From: Squalus acanthias
Taxonomy: Eukaryota
Assembly: GCA_030390025.1 (NCBI GenBank)
Contig: JASTWF010000368.1
Span: 62,001-126,000, forward strand
Length of the DNA: 64,000 bases
Direction of reading: 5' to 3'
The notes beneath the pieces are model-generated. The model saw only the letters and a program-made list of their open reading frames with translations. It did not search any database and was not told the origin of the DNA. Position numbers and translations under genes: made by a program. Shown here piece by piece: positions 23,906 through 35,743 of this stretch. How positions within the stretch are numbered: the stretch's first letter is position 1; every line of letters starts with the position of its first letter.

Positions 23906-25340
23906 CCTCAACTCTCCCCTCAAACCCCGTCCCTCTAGAACCCTAACTCTCCCATCGAAGCCCATCTCTCTAGTCCCCTAACTCTCCCATCGAAGCCCAT
24001 CTCTCTAGTCCCCTAACTCTCCCATCGAAGCCCCATCCCTCTAGTCCCCAACTCTCCCATCAAAGCCCATCCCTCTAGTCCCCTAACTCTCCCCTCAAAC
24101 CCCGTCCCTCTAGAACCCTAACTCTCCCATCAAAGCCCATCCCTCTACTCCCCAACTCACCCCTCAAACCGTGTCCCTCTAGAACCCTAACTCTCCCATC
24201 GAAGCCCATCCCTGTAGAACCCTAGCTCTCCCATCAAAGCCCATCTCTCGAGTTCCCTAACTCTCCCATCGAAGCCCATCCCTCTAGTCCCCTAACTCTC
24301 CCATCGAAGCCCATCCCTCTAGTCCCCTAACTCTCCCATCGAAGCCCATCCCTCTAGTCCCCAACTCTCCCCTCAAACCCGTCCCTCTAGAATCCTAACT
24401 CTCCCATCGAAGCCCATCCCTCTAGAACCCTAGCTCTCCCATTGAAGCCCATCCCTCGAGTCCCCTCACTCTCCCATCGAAGCCCATCCCTCTAGAACCC
24501 TAGCTCTCCCATCGAAGTTCATCCCTCTAGAACCCTAGCTCTCCCATCGAAGCCCATCCCTCTAGTCCCCTAACTCTTCCATCGAAGCCCATCCCTCTGG
24601 TCCCCTAACTCTCCCAACAAAGCCCATCCCTCTAGTCCCCTAACTCTCCCATCGCAGCCCATCCCTCTAGTCCCCTAACTCTCCCATCGAAGCCCATCCC
24701 TCTAGTCCCCTAACTCTCCCATCGAAGCCCATCCCTCTAGTCCCCTAACTCTCCCATCGCAGCCCATCCCTCTAGTCCCCTAACTCTCCCATCGAAGCCC
24801 TCCCTCTAGTCCCCTAACTCTCCCATCGAAGCCCATCCCTCTAGTCCCCTAACTCTCCCATCGAAGCCCATCCCTCTAGTCCCCTAACTCTCCCATCGCA
24901 GCCCATCCCTCTAGTCCCCTAACTCTCCCATCGAAGCCCATCCCTCTAGTCCCCTAACTCTCCCATCGAAGCCCATCCCTCTAGTCCCCTAACTCTCCCA
25001 TCGCAGCCCATCCCTCTAGTCCCCTAACTCTCCCATCGAAGCCCATCCCTCTAGTCCCCTAACTCTCCCATCGAAGCCCTCCCTCTAGTCCCCTAACTCT
25101 CCCATCGAAGCCCTCCCTCTAGTCCCCTAACTCTCCCATCGAAGCCCATCCCTCTAGTCCCCTAACTCTCCCATCGAAGCCCATCCCTCTAGTCCCCTAA
25201 CTCTCCCATCGCAGCCCATCCCTCTAGTCCCCTAACTCTCCCATCGAAGCCCATCCCTCTAGTCCCCTAACTCTCCCATCGAAGCCCTCCCTCTAGTCCC
25301 CTAACTCTCCCATCAAAGCCCTCCCTCTAGTCCCCTAACT
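23906..25340. repeat. 35-bp minisatellite containing CCCTAA
   Basis: (CCCTAACTCTCCCATCGAAGCCCATCCCTCTAGTC)n. Confidence 0.96.
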
Positions 25341-26239
25341 TAAGAATATAGGAACAGAGTAGGCCATTTAGCCCCTCGAGCCTGTTCTGCCATTCAATGA
25401 GATCATGGTTGATCTGTGGCCTAACCGCATATTTGCCTTTGCCCCATATCCCTTAATACCTTTGGTTAACAAAAATCTATCAATCTCAGATTTAAAATTA
25501 ACAATTGATCTAGCATCAATTGCCGTTTGCGGAAGAGAGTTCCAAACTTCTACCACCTGTTGTGTGTAGAAGTGACTCCTAATTTCACTCCTGAAAGGTC
25601 TGGCTCTAATTTTTAGACTATGCCCCCTAGTCCTAGAATCCCCAACCAGCGGAAATAGTTTCTCTCTATCTACCCTATCAATTCCCCTTAATATCTTCAA
25701 AACTTCAATCAGATCACCCCTTAACCTTCTTACAACCCTAATTTGTGTAATCTCTCTTCATAATTGAACCCTTGAAGTCCGGGTATCATTCTGGTAAACC
25801 TACGCTGCACTCTCTCCAAGGCCAATATATCCTTCCTACAGTGTGGTGCCCAGAACTGCTCCCAGTGCTCCAGGTGTGGTCCAACCAGGGCTTTGTACAG
25901 CTGCAGCATGACTTCTACCCCCTTGTATTCTCGTCCTTTAGATATAACGGCCAGCATGCCATGTGGACTGAGATGAGGAGGAATTTCTTCACTCAGAGGG
26001 CTGTGAATCTTTGGAATTCTCTACCCCAGAGGGCTGTGGATGCTCAGTCATTGAGTATATTCAAGACTGAGATCGTAGATTTTTGGACACTAAGGAAATC
26101 AAGGGATATGGGGATAGGGCAGGAAAGTGAAGTTAAGGTCGAAGATCAGCCATGATCTTATTACATAAGAACAGGAGTATTTTGATTGATTTCTGCACCT
26201 GTCCATGGCATTTTAATGATCCATGTACATGGACCCCAA
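25341..26239. mobile_element. CR1 fragments (- 25341-25958, + 25962-26160, - 26175 onward)
   Basis: CR1 RT C-terminal peptides in the ORF track; the host CR1 resumes at 27023. Confidence 0.85.
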
Positions 26240-27022
26240 GGGCTGGATTTTGATACGAGAGAGAGAGAGAGAGAGAATTTTTTTTCCATCCAGGTCCTCT
26301 CACAGCAAAGGCCAGGCAGTCTCTGAAGACATTCAATGCAGTAGCATCAGAGGCGACTTTCAGGCCTAATACTACTACTACCTTCATCACAATACTACTA
26401 CTACCTTCATCACATCTCCGTTGTAATAGTGGACCTGCAGCTGAGAGTCAGCTATCCACTTGTGCTCCCGCCAGGTTTCACTGGCGTGTTTCACACCAGG
26501 CGTGCTTCATGTCAGAAAAGGGTTAAACTAGCTAAAACGTTTCAAAATGGCATTACAGAGCCAATTTAGGGCCTCTTGGAGGTGGGACGGAGTCAGGAAC
26601 ACCGCACACGATTTTATCAAAATTGCGTGGAGGCGGGATGGGGTCGGGACCCCCGAATCTGCAACTTTAACCCCCCACACGCCTCCAAAAAGCCCCACAG
26701 TGCAGATAGAGGCCATTTCAGCCCATCGAGCCTGCACCAACACATATCCCACCCTATCCCCGTAACCCCACATATTTAATCCCCCTAACACTAAGGGTCA
26801 ATTTATCATAGCCAAATCAACCTAACCCGCACATCTTTGGACTGTGGGAGGAAACCGGAGCACCCGGAGGAAACCCACGCAGACACGGGGAGAATGTGCA
26901 AACTCCACACAGACAGTCACCCGAGGCCAGATTCGAACCCGGGTCCCTGGCGCTGTGAGGTAATAGTGCTAACCACTATGCCACCGTGTTGCCCTCTCCA
27001 CGGGTCATTGAAAATCCAGCCC
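26240..27022. mobile_element. MITE, PIF/Harbinger-like, with nested V-SINE (~26696-26990, minus)
   Basis: Perfect TIRs GGGCTGGATTTT / AAAATCCAGCCC and a 3-bp TSD CAA inside a CR1. Confidence 0.85.
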
Positions 27023-27279
27023 CAAGTCTCTTTGGACCTCCACTGCTTCTAGCTTTTCCCCATTTAGAAAGTGCATTGAATGGCGGAGCAGGCTCGAGGG
27101 GCTATATGGCCTACTCCTGCTCCTAATTCTTATGTTCTCAGTTCTCACAACCATTAAATGTGGTGTTTTCCATTTGAGGTCATGGAGGAAGCTTAAAGTA
27201 CTCAGAACCCACAAACCACATTGAGAGAGGGGGAGGGGCCCAGAACTGCAAAGCGCACAGTCCTTGAGAGCCCCATTAA

Positions 27280-28294
27280 ATTTTTATTCACGGGATGTGG
27301 GCGTCGCTGGCAATGCCACAATTTATTGCCCATCGCCTAATTGCTTTTTGAGATGGGGTGGTGACAACTGAGTGGCTTGCTCAGCCATTACAAAAGGGGC
27401 AGTTAAGAGTTAACCACGTTGGTGTGGGTCTGGAGTCACAAACAGGCCCAGACCAGGTAAGGGTGGCAGATTTCCTTCCCTAAAGGACATTAGTGAGCCA
27501 GATGGGTTTTTTACAACAATCTGTTAGTTTCATGTGAGAAGTCGCACAACACCAGGTTATAGTCCAACAGCTTTATTGGAAATCACAAGCTTTCGGAGCG
27601 CTGCTCCTTCGTCAGGTGAAGTGATGAGATGCATATAGGCACAGCATATATAGTCAGAGAACACTGCCAGGTGACTACAGTTAATCTTTCCAACTGGCCT
27701 TTATCACATCTCGGCAGAGAGATAATCACGGCAATCAAAGGTGTGGATGGTGTCCAAACAGGTCAGTCAGGAAAACATTACATCAGAGACAATGAGGTGG
27801 GGTCACAAGGGGTCAAATGTGGCAGATGCTGGGGTCTGTATGGAAAACAAAAAACTTGTTTTGCTGGAAATCACAGCAGGTCCGGCCGCATCTGTGTAGA
27901 GAGAACAAGCCAATGACGACTCGAGTCTGGATGACTCTACGTCAGGTGGGGTTACATGTAGTGTGACATGAACCCAAGATCCCGGTTGAGGCCGTCGTCA
28001 TGGGTGCGGAACTTGGCTATCAGTTTCTGCTCGATGATTTTGCGTTGTCGTGTGTCTCGAAGGCCGCCTTGGTGACTTCTCACATTTGTCCACCCCAGTC
28101 CAACACCAGCATCTCCACATCATGGTAGTTCCATGGTCACCATTACTGACACTAGCTTTTTAATTCCAGATTTATTGAATTAACTGAATTTAAATTCCCC
28201 AGCTGCCGTGGTGGGATTCGAACTCACGTCTCGGGATCATTAGTCCGGGCCTCAGGATTACTAGCCCAGTGACATTACCACTATGCTACCGTAC
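27280..28294 (-). mobile_element. tRNA-derived SINE with FADDC-LINE-type tail, split by a Penelope
   Basis: Head GGTAGCATAGTGG..GTTCGAATCCC; tail GGGCAATAAAT..CCAGCGACGCCCACATCCCGTGAATAAAAA; same family as 50850-51353. Confidence 0.8.
27533..28124 (-). mobile_element. Penelope-like family A with short inverted end; hammerhead motif at 27583-27619 (-)
   Basis: GIY-YIG C-terminal coding remnant, shared 3' UTR, plus-oriented terminal copy at 28072-28124; TAGTTYCATG on both flanks. Confidence 0.85.
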
Positions 28295-28800
28295 CCTCAT
28301 TTGCGCCTTGTTCGCCTTTCCTCTCCTTAGTCATCGCAGTTTAACTTGCGAAACCAGTTTCAGTATCTCAACAGACGATTACAGGGATGAGGGACTTCAG
28401 TTACGTGGAGAGACTTAGAGAAGCTGGGATTGTTCTCCTTAGAGCAGAGAAGGTTAAGGGGAGATTGACCAGAATGTTACCAGGGATGAGGGACTTCAGT
28501 TACGTGGCGAGACTTAGAGAAGCTGGGATTGTTCTCCTTAGAGCAGAGAAGGTTAAGGGGAGAATTACTAAGTATTTAACGCATCGAAACAGGCCATTCG
28601 GCCCAACTGGTCCGTGCCGGTGTTATGCTCCACACGAGCCTCCTCCCACCCCTCTTCATCTCACCCCATCAACATATCCTTCTATTCCTTTCTCCCTCAT
28701 GTGTTTATCTAGCTTTCCCTTAAATGCATCGACGCTATTCGCCTCAACCACACCCTGTGGTAGCGAGTTCCACATTCTCACCACTTACTGAGAATAAATG

Positions 28801-29140
28801 TGAGAAGTCGCACAACACCAGGTTATAGTCCAACAGCTTTATTGGAAATCACAAGCTTTCGGAGCGGCTGCTCCTTCGTCAGGTGAAGTGAAGAGATGCA
28901 TATAGGCACAGCATATATAGTCAGAGAACACAGCCAGGTGACTACAGTTAATCTTTCCAACTGCCCTTTACCACACCTCGGCAGAGAGATAATCACGGCA
29001 ATCAAAGGTGTGGATGGTGTCCAAACAGGTCGGTCAGGAAAACATTACATCAAAGACAATAAAACTGTTGGACTAAAACCTGGTGTTGTGCGACTTCTCA
29101 CATTTGTCCACCCCAGTCCAACACCGGCATCTCCGCATCA
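28801..29140 (-). mobile_element. Penelope-like family A, non-coding, inverted ends; hammerhead motif at 28849-28886 (-)
   Basis: Minus segment to ~29058, then plus segment to 29140; TGAGAATAAATG at 28789-28800 and 29141-29152. Confidence 0.85.
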
Positions 29141-30205
29141 TGAGAATAAATGGGTTAAATTCCGAGGACAGGTGGCACAGACTGGGCTTGTATACCTTTG
29201 AGTATAGAAAATTAAAGGGTGATCTAATCGAGGTGTTTAAGATGATTAAAGGAGTTGATGGAGTAGATAGAGAGAAACTATTTCCTCTGGTGGGGGGGAG
29301 TCCAGAACAAGGTTGGCACAGCCTTAAAATTAGAGCCAGGCCGTTCAGGGAGCGCTTGATGTCAGGAAGCACTTCTTCACACAAAGGGGAGTGGAAATCT
29401 GGAACTCTCTCCCCCAAAAAGCTGTTGAGGCTGGGGGTCAATTGGAGCTTTCAAAACCGAGATTGATAGACTTTTGTTGGATAAAGGGTATTAAGGGTTA
29501 GAAACATAGAAACATAGAAGATAGGAGCAGGAGTAGGCCATTCGGCCCCTCGAGCCTGCTCCGCCATTCGATGAGATCATGGCTGATCATCCAAATTCAG
29601 TACCCTGTACCTGCCTTCTCCCCATATCCCTTGATCCCTTTAGCCTTAAGAAATATATCTAACGCATTCTTGAATATATTTAATGACTTGGCCTCGACTG
29701 CCTTCTGTGGTAGAGAATTCCACAGGTTCACCACACACTGGGTGAAGAAATTCTTCCTCATTTCTGTCCTAAATGGTTTACCCCTTATCCTTAGACTATG
29801 ACCCCCTGGTTCTGGACTCTCCGACCATCGGGAACATCCTTCCTGCATCTAGTTTGTCCAGACCTGTCAGAATTTTATATGTTTCGATGAGATCCCCTCT
29901 CATTCTTCTATACTCCAGCGAGTATAAGCCCAATTGACCCAATCTCTCCTCGTATGTCATTCCTGCCATCCCAGGTATCAGCCTGGTGAATCTTCGCTGA
30001 ACTCCTTCCATGGCAAGAACATCCTTCCTCAGATAAGGCGACCAAAACTGCACACAGTACTCAAGGTGTGGTCTCACCAAGGCCCTGTACAACTGCAGCA
30101 GGACATCCTTGCTCCTGTACTCGAATCCTCTCGCTATGAAGGCCAACATACCATTTGCCTTCTTCACCGCCTGCTGCACCTGCATGCTTACCTTCAGCGA
30201 CTGGT
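29141..30205. mobile_element. CR1 fragments (+ 29141-29500, - 29500-30205)
   Basis: The minus copy closely matches the 3' end of the 21203-23390 CR1. Confidence 0.9.
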
Positions 30206-30211
30206 TAAGGA

Positions 30212-30600
30212 ACCAACAACACATTGCATTTATATAGCACCGTTAACATAGTAAAACGTCCCAAAGTGCTTCACAGGAGCATAAGCCAAACCAAATTTGA
30301 CACCGAGACACATCAGGAGATCTTAGGGCAAATGAACAAAAGCTTGGACAAAGAGGTCGGTTTTAAGGAGCGTCTTAAAGGAGGAGAGAGAGGCGGACAG
30401 GTTTAGGGAGGGAATTCCAGAGCCAGGCAGCTCAAGGCCACGGGCACCAATAGTGGAGCGATGGAAATCGGGGGATGCGCAAGAGGCCAGAATTGGAGGA
30501 GCGCAGAGATCTCGGAGGGTTGTAGGGGCTGGAGGAGATTACAGAGATAGGGAGGGGTGAGGCAGTGGAGGGATTTGAAAACAAGGATGAGAATTTTATA
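30212..30600 (-). mobile_element. L2 LINE 3' fragment
   Basis: Same sequence family as 35745-38770, holding a single copy of the 37-bp unit. Confidence 0.8.
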
Positions 30601-30644
30601 GATGAAGTTAGATACAGATCAGCTATGATCCAATTGAATGGCGG

Positions 30645-32728
30645 AACAGGCTCGAGGGGCTGAATGGCCTCCTCCTGCTCCTGTGTAACAAGCTCGAGGG
30701 GCTGAATGGCCTCCTCCTGTTCCTGTGTAACAGGCTCGAGGGGCTGAACGACCTCTTCCTGTTCCTGTGTAACAGTCTCGAGAGGGTTGAATGGGCTCCT
30801 CCTGTTCCTGTGTAACAGGCTCGAGGAGCTGAATGGGCCTCCTTCTGTTCCTGTGTAACAGGCTCGAGGGGCTGAATGGGCTCCTCCTGTTCCTGTGCAG
30901 CAGGCTCAAGGAGCTGAATGGGCCTCCTTCTGTTCCTATGTAACAGGCTCGAGGGGCTAAATGACCTCCACCCTGTTCCTGTGCAACAGTCTCGAGAGGG
31001 GTGAATGGCCTCCTCCTGTTCCTGTGTAACAGGCTCGAGGTGGGCTGAATGGGCTCCTCCTGTTCCTGTGTAACAGGCTCGAGGTGGGCTGAATGGGCTC
31101 CTCCTGTTCCTGTGTAACAGGCTCGAGGGGCTGAATGGCCTCCTCCTGTTCCTGTGTAACAGGATCGAGGGGCTGAATGGGCTCCTCCTGTTCCTGTGTA
31201 ACAGGCTCGAGGGGCTGAATGGGCTCCTCCTGTTCCTGTGTAACAGGCTCGAGGTGGGCTGAATGGGCTCCTCCTGTTCCTGTGTAACAGGCTCGAGGGG
31301 CTGAATGGCCTCCTCCTGTTCCTGTGTAACAGGCTCGAGGGGCTGAATGGCCTCCTCCTGTTCCTGTGTAACAGGCTCGAGGTGTCTGAATGGCCTCCTC
31401 CTGTTCCTGTGTAACAGGCTCGAGGTGGGCTGAATAGCCTCCTCCTGTTCCTGTGTAACAGGCTCGAGGGGCTGAATGGGCTCCTCCTGTTCCCGTGTAA
31501 CAGGCTCGAGGGGCTGAATGGGCTCCTCCTGTTCCTGTGTAACAGGCTCGAGGGGCTGAATGGCCTCCTCCTGTTCCTGTGTAACAGGCTCGAGGGGCTG
31601 AATGGCCTCCTCCTGTTCCTGTGTAACAGGCTCGAGGGGCTGAATGCCCTCCTCCTGTTCCTGTGTAACAGGCTCGAGGTGTCTGAATGGGCTCCTCCTG
31701 TTCCTGTGTAACAAGCTCGAGGGGCTGAATGGCCTCCTCCTGTTCCTGTGTAACAGGCTCGAGGGGCTGAATGGGCTCCTCCTGTTCCTGTGTAACAGGC
31801 TCGAGGGGCTGAATGGCCTCCTCCTGTTCCTGTGTAACAGGCTCGAGGGGCTGAATGGGCTCCTCCTGTTCCTGTGTAACAGGCTCGAGGTGCTGAATGG
31901 GCTCCTCCTGATCCTGTGTAACAGGCTCGAGGGACTGAATGGCCTCCTCCTGTTCCTGTGTAACAGGCTCGAGGGGCTGAATGGGCTCCTCCTGTTCCTG
32001 TGTAACAGGCTCGAGGTGGGCTGAATGGCCTCCTCCTGTTCCTGTGTAACAGGTTCGAGGGGCTGAATGGGCTCCTCCTGTTCCTGTGTAACAGGCTCGA
32101 GGGGCTGAATGGGCTCCTCCTGTTCCTGTGTAACAGGCTCGAGGTGGGCTGAATGGGCTCCTCCTGTTCCTGTGTAACAGGCTCGAGGTGGGCTGAATGG
32201 GCTCCTCCTGTTCCTGTGTAACAGGCTCGAGGTGGGCTGAATGGGCTCCTCCTGTTCCTGTGTAACAGGCTCGAGGTGGGCTGAATGGGCTCCTCCTGTT
32301 CCTGTGTAACAGGCTCGAGGTGGGCTGAATGGGCTCCTCCTGTTCCTGTGTAACAGTCTCGAGGGGCTGAATGGGCTCCTCCTGTTCCTGTGTAACAGGC
32401 TCGAGGGGCTGAATGGGCTCCTCCTGTTCCTGTGTAACAGGCTCGAGGGGCTGAATGGGCTCCTCCTGTTCCTGTGTAACAGGCTCGAGGGGCTGAATGG
32501 GCTCCTCCTGTTCCTGTGTAACAGGCTCGAGGTGTCTGAATGGGCTCCTCCTGTTCCTGTGTAACAGGCTCGAGGTGTCTGAATGGCCACCTCCTGTTCC
32601 TGTGTAACAGTCTCGAGGGTCTGAATGGGCTCCTCCTGTTCCTGTGTAACAGGCTCGAGGGGCTGAATGGCCTCCTCCTGTTCCTGTGTAACAGGCTCGA
32701 GGTGTCTGAATGGGCTCCTCCTGTTCCT
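30645..32728 (-). repeat. CR1-tail-derived minisatellite (42-44 bp units), opposite orientation to 15323-17258
   Basis: (GGCTCGAGGGGCTGAATGGSCTCCTCCTGTTCCTGTGTAACA)n preceded by CR1 tail sequence at 30615-30660. Confidence 0.95.
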
Positions 32729-32759
32729 ATCTGCATTGAAACTCTTCTCTCTTCTCCAG

Positions 32760-32825
32760 GCTGCCAAGTTTAACATCATCCCAACCGTGATCAACATCGT
32801 GGCTGCTTTCACATCCATTGGGCTG
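32760..32825 (+). CDS. p2rx3: P2X3 exon 10 (start of TM2)
   Basis: ctccag|GCT..CTG|gtgagt; 66 nt; AAKFNIIPTVINIVAAFTSIGL. Confidence 0.96.
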
Positions 32826-33515
32826 GTGAGTCACAACCGCAGATGTCTGCGCCCTCGGACACGCTCGAAACCCTCGCCCACCCCCAACGTCACGGAACAA
32901 GCGCACAGGGGCGAAGTTGTCTGAGGTCGCGAGACGTCTTTAGAAATTAAGTAAAGTTTTGAAGTTTTTTTTAATTAATTCACGGGATGTGGGCGTCGCT
33001 GGCAATGAGGACAACAATCCAAGCTTCTCCAAGTCTCGCCACTTAATTGAAGTCCCTCATCCCTGGTACCATTCTGGTCAATCTCCCCTTAACCATCTCT
33101 GCTCCAAGGAGAACAATCCCAGCTTCTCCAGTCTCTCCGCCTAACTGAAGTCCCTCATCCCTGGTACCATTCTGATCAATCTCCCCTTAACCATCTCTGC
33201 TCCAAGGAGAACAATCCCAGCTTCTCCAGTCTCTCCGCCTAACTGAAGTCCCTCATCCCTGGTACCATTCTGGTAAAACCACTTCTGCACCCTCTCCAAG
33301 GTTTTATGTAATGAATGAGTTGGAGGCGACACAGTCTATTTACACAGAGTTTCTAAGAACTCTAAGGATTATCTCTCCAACGAAATTGCAGTGAGTGAAT
33401 TACAGAATACAATTGATGCGCGTCAAGTCAATCTCAGTCTCTCACACCAGGCATGATTGACAGGGGGGAATGACCCAATTCTGGCGGGAACAGTGGGGTA
33501 ACTAGATGCAGACAT

Positions 33516-34480
33516 AACTTCTTCAGCTGCTTCATCAATGACCTTCCCTCCATCGTAAGGTCAGAAGTGGGGATGTTCGCTGATGACTGCACAGTGTTCA
33601 GTGCCATTCGCAACTCCTCAGATAATGAAGCAGTCCATGCCCGCACGCAGCAAGACCCGGACAACGTTCAGGCTTGGGCTGATAAGTGGCAGGTAACATT
33701 CGCGCCACACAAGTGCCAGGCAATGACTACCTCCAACAAGCGAGAGTCTAATCACCATCCCTTGACATTCAAAGGCATTACCATCGCCGAATTCCCCACC
33801 ATCAACATCCTGGGGGTTACCATTGACCAGAAACTTAACTGGACCAGCCACATAAATACTGTGGCAACAAGAGCAGGTCAGAGGCTAGGTATTCTGCGGC
33901 GAGTGTCTCACCTCCTGACTCCCCAAAGCCTTTCCCACCATCTACAAGGCACAAGTCAGGAGTGTGATGCAATACTCTACACTTGCCTGGATGAGTGCAG
34001 CTCCAACAACACTCAAGAAGCTCGACACCATCCAGGACAAAGCAGCCCGCTTGATTGACACCCCATCCACCACCTTAAACATTCACTCCCTCCATCACCG
34101 GCGCACCGTGGCTGCAGTGTGTACCATCTACAAGATGCACTGCAGCAACTCGCCAAGGATTCTTCGACAGCCGTCCCAAGCCCGCGACCTCTACCGCCTA
34201 GAAGGACAAGGGCAGCAGGTGCATGGGAACACCACCACCTCCAAGTTCCCCTCCAAGTCACACACCATCCTGACTTGGGAATATATCGCCGTTCCTTCAT
34301 CGTCGCTGGGTCAAAATCCTGGAACTCCCTCCCTAACAACACTGTGGGAGTACCTTCACCACACGGACTGCAGCGGTTCAAGAAGGCGGTTCACCATTAC
34401 CTTCTCAAGGGCAATAAGGGATGGGCAATAAATGATGGCCTTGCCAGCGACGTCCACATCCCATGAACGAATAAAAAAAA
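33516..34480 (+). mobile_element. FADDC-type LINE 3' fragment
   Basis: MFADDCTVFSAI..ILGVTIDQKLNWTSHI..; ends GAATAAAAAAAA. Confidence 0.92.
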
Positions 34481-34651
34481 CTGATAGCAGACTCAGAGAA
34501 AGTGATGGCATATGGGACCCACACTACATAATTTCACATATCAAAGATACAACATACTGGAGATCGTAGTATAGCTGAGGGTAGGGTAAACAGACAAGGC
34601 GACATGCTTGCGACCTCCTGAAGGAGTCCACGGTATGTGAGTCTAATCTCA

Positions 34652-35565
34652 AGGGAGCTCTACACTATCTAACCCGTGCTGTACCTGCCCCGGGAGCGCT
34701 CGATGCTGACACTGGGTATAAAGTGGGGGACACACTGTCAGGGTAATGTAGAGGGAGCTCTACACTGTATCTAACCCGTGCTGTACCTGCCCCGGGAGCG
34801 CTCGATGCTGACACTGGGTATAAAGTGGGGGACACACTGTCAGGGTAATGTAGAGGGAGCTCTACACTGTATCTAACCCGTGCTGTACCTGCCCCGGGAG
34901 CGCTCGATGCTGACACTGGGTATAAAGTGGGGACACACTGTCAGGGTAATGTAGAGGGAGCTCTACACTGTATCTAACCCGTGCTGTACCTGCCCTGGGA
35001 GCGCTCGATGCTGACACTGGGTATAAAGTGGGGGACACACTGTCAGGGTAATGTAGAGGGAGCTCTACACTGTATCTAACCCGTGCTGTACCTGAACTGG
35101 GAGCGCTCGATGCTGACACTGGGTATAAAGTGGGGAACACACTGTCAGGGTAATGTAGAAGGAGCTCTACACTGTATCTAACCCGTGCTGTCCCTGCCCT
35201 GGGAGCGCTCGATGCTGACACTGGGTATAAAGTGGAGGAAACACTGTCAGGGTAATGTAGAGGGAGCTCTACACTGTATCTAACCCGTGCTGTACCTGCC
35301 CTGGGAGCGCTCGATGCTGACACTGGGTATAAAGTGGGGGACACACTGTCAGGGTAATGTAGAGGGAGCTCTACACTGTATCTAACCCGTGCTGTACCTG
35401 TCCTGGGAGCGCTCGATGCTGACACTGGGTATAAAGTGGGGGACACACTGTCAGGGTAATGTAGAGGGAGCTCTACACTGTATCTAACCCGTGCTGTACC
35501 TGCCCTGGGAGCACTCGATGCTGACACTGGGTATAAAGTGGGGGGACACACTGTCAGGGTAATGT
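34652..35565. repeat. 102-bp minisatellite
   Basis: About 9 units; 34-aa periodicity in the minus-strand ORFs. Confidence 0.95.
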
Positions 35566-35611
35566 TCCTCACCCTGTCGAATAGTAACTGTGTTCCCCTC
35601 TCTCTCTGTAG

Positions 35612-35689
35612 GGAGCCGTCATCTGTGATTTGATATTACTGAACTTCCTCAAAGGCGCTGACAATTACAAGGCCAAAAAGTTTGAAGAG
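35612..35689 (+). CDS. p2rx3: P2X3 exon 11 (end of TM2, YxxxK motif)
   Basis: ctgtag|GGA..GAG|gtgagt; 78 nt; GAVICDLILLNFLKGADNYKAKKFEE, very close to mammalian P2X3. Confidence 0.97.
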
Positions 35690-35743
35690 GTGAGTGAGAT
35701 AGCGAGAGATTGGTTGACAGCGATATAGACAGATACAGAAATG

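Noticed and set aside
23906..25340. Interstitial telomere (CCCTAA)
   Set aside because: Only one hexamer per 35-bp unit; no (CCCTAA)n run.
30619..32818. 700-aa ORFs and similar long repetitive ORFs (11098, 16361, 17401, 39882, 48065)
   Set aside because: Stop-poor translations of tandem repeats, open in several frames and lying in introns or SINE arrays.
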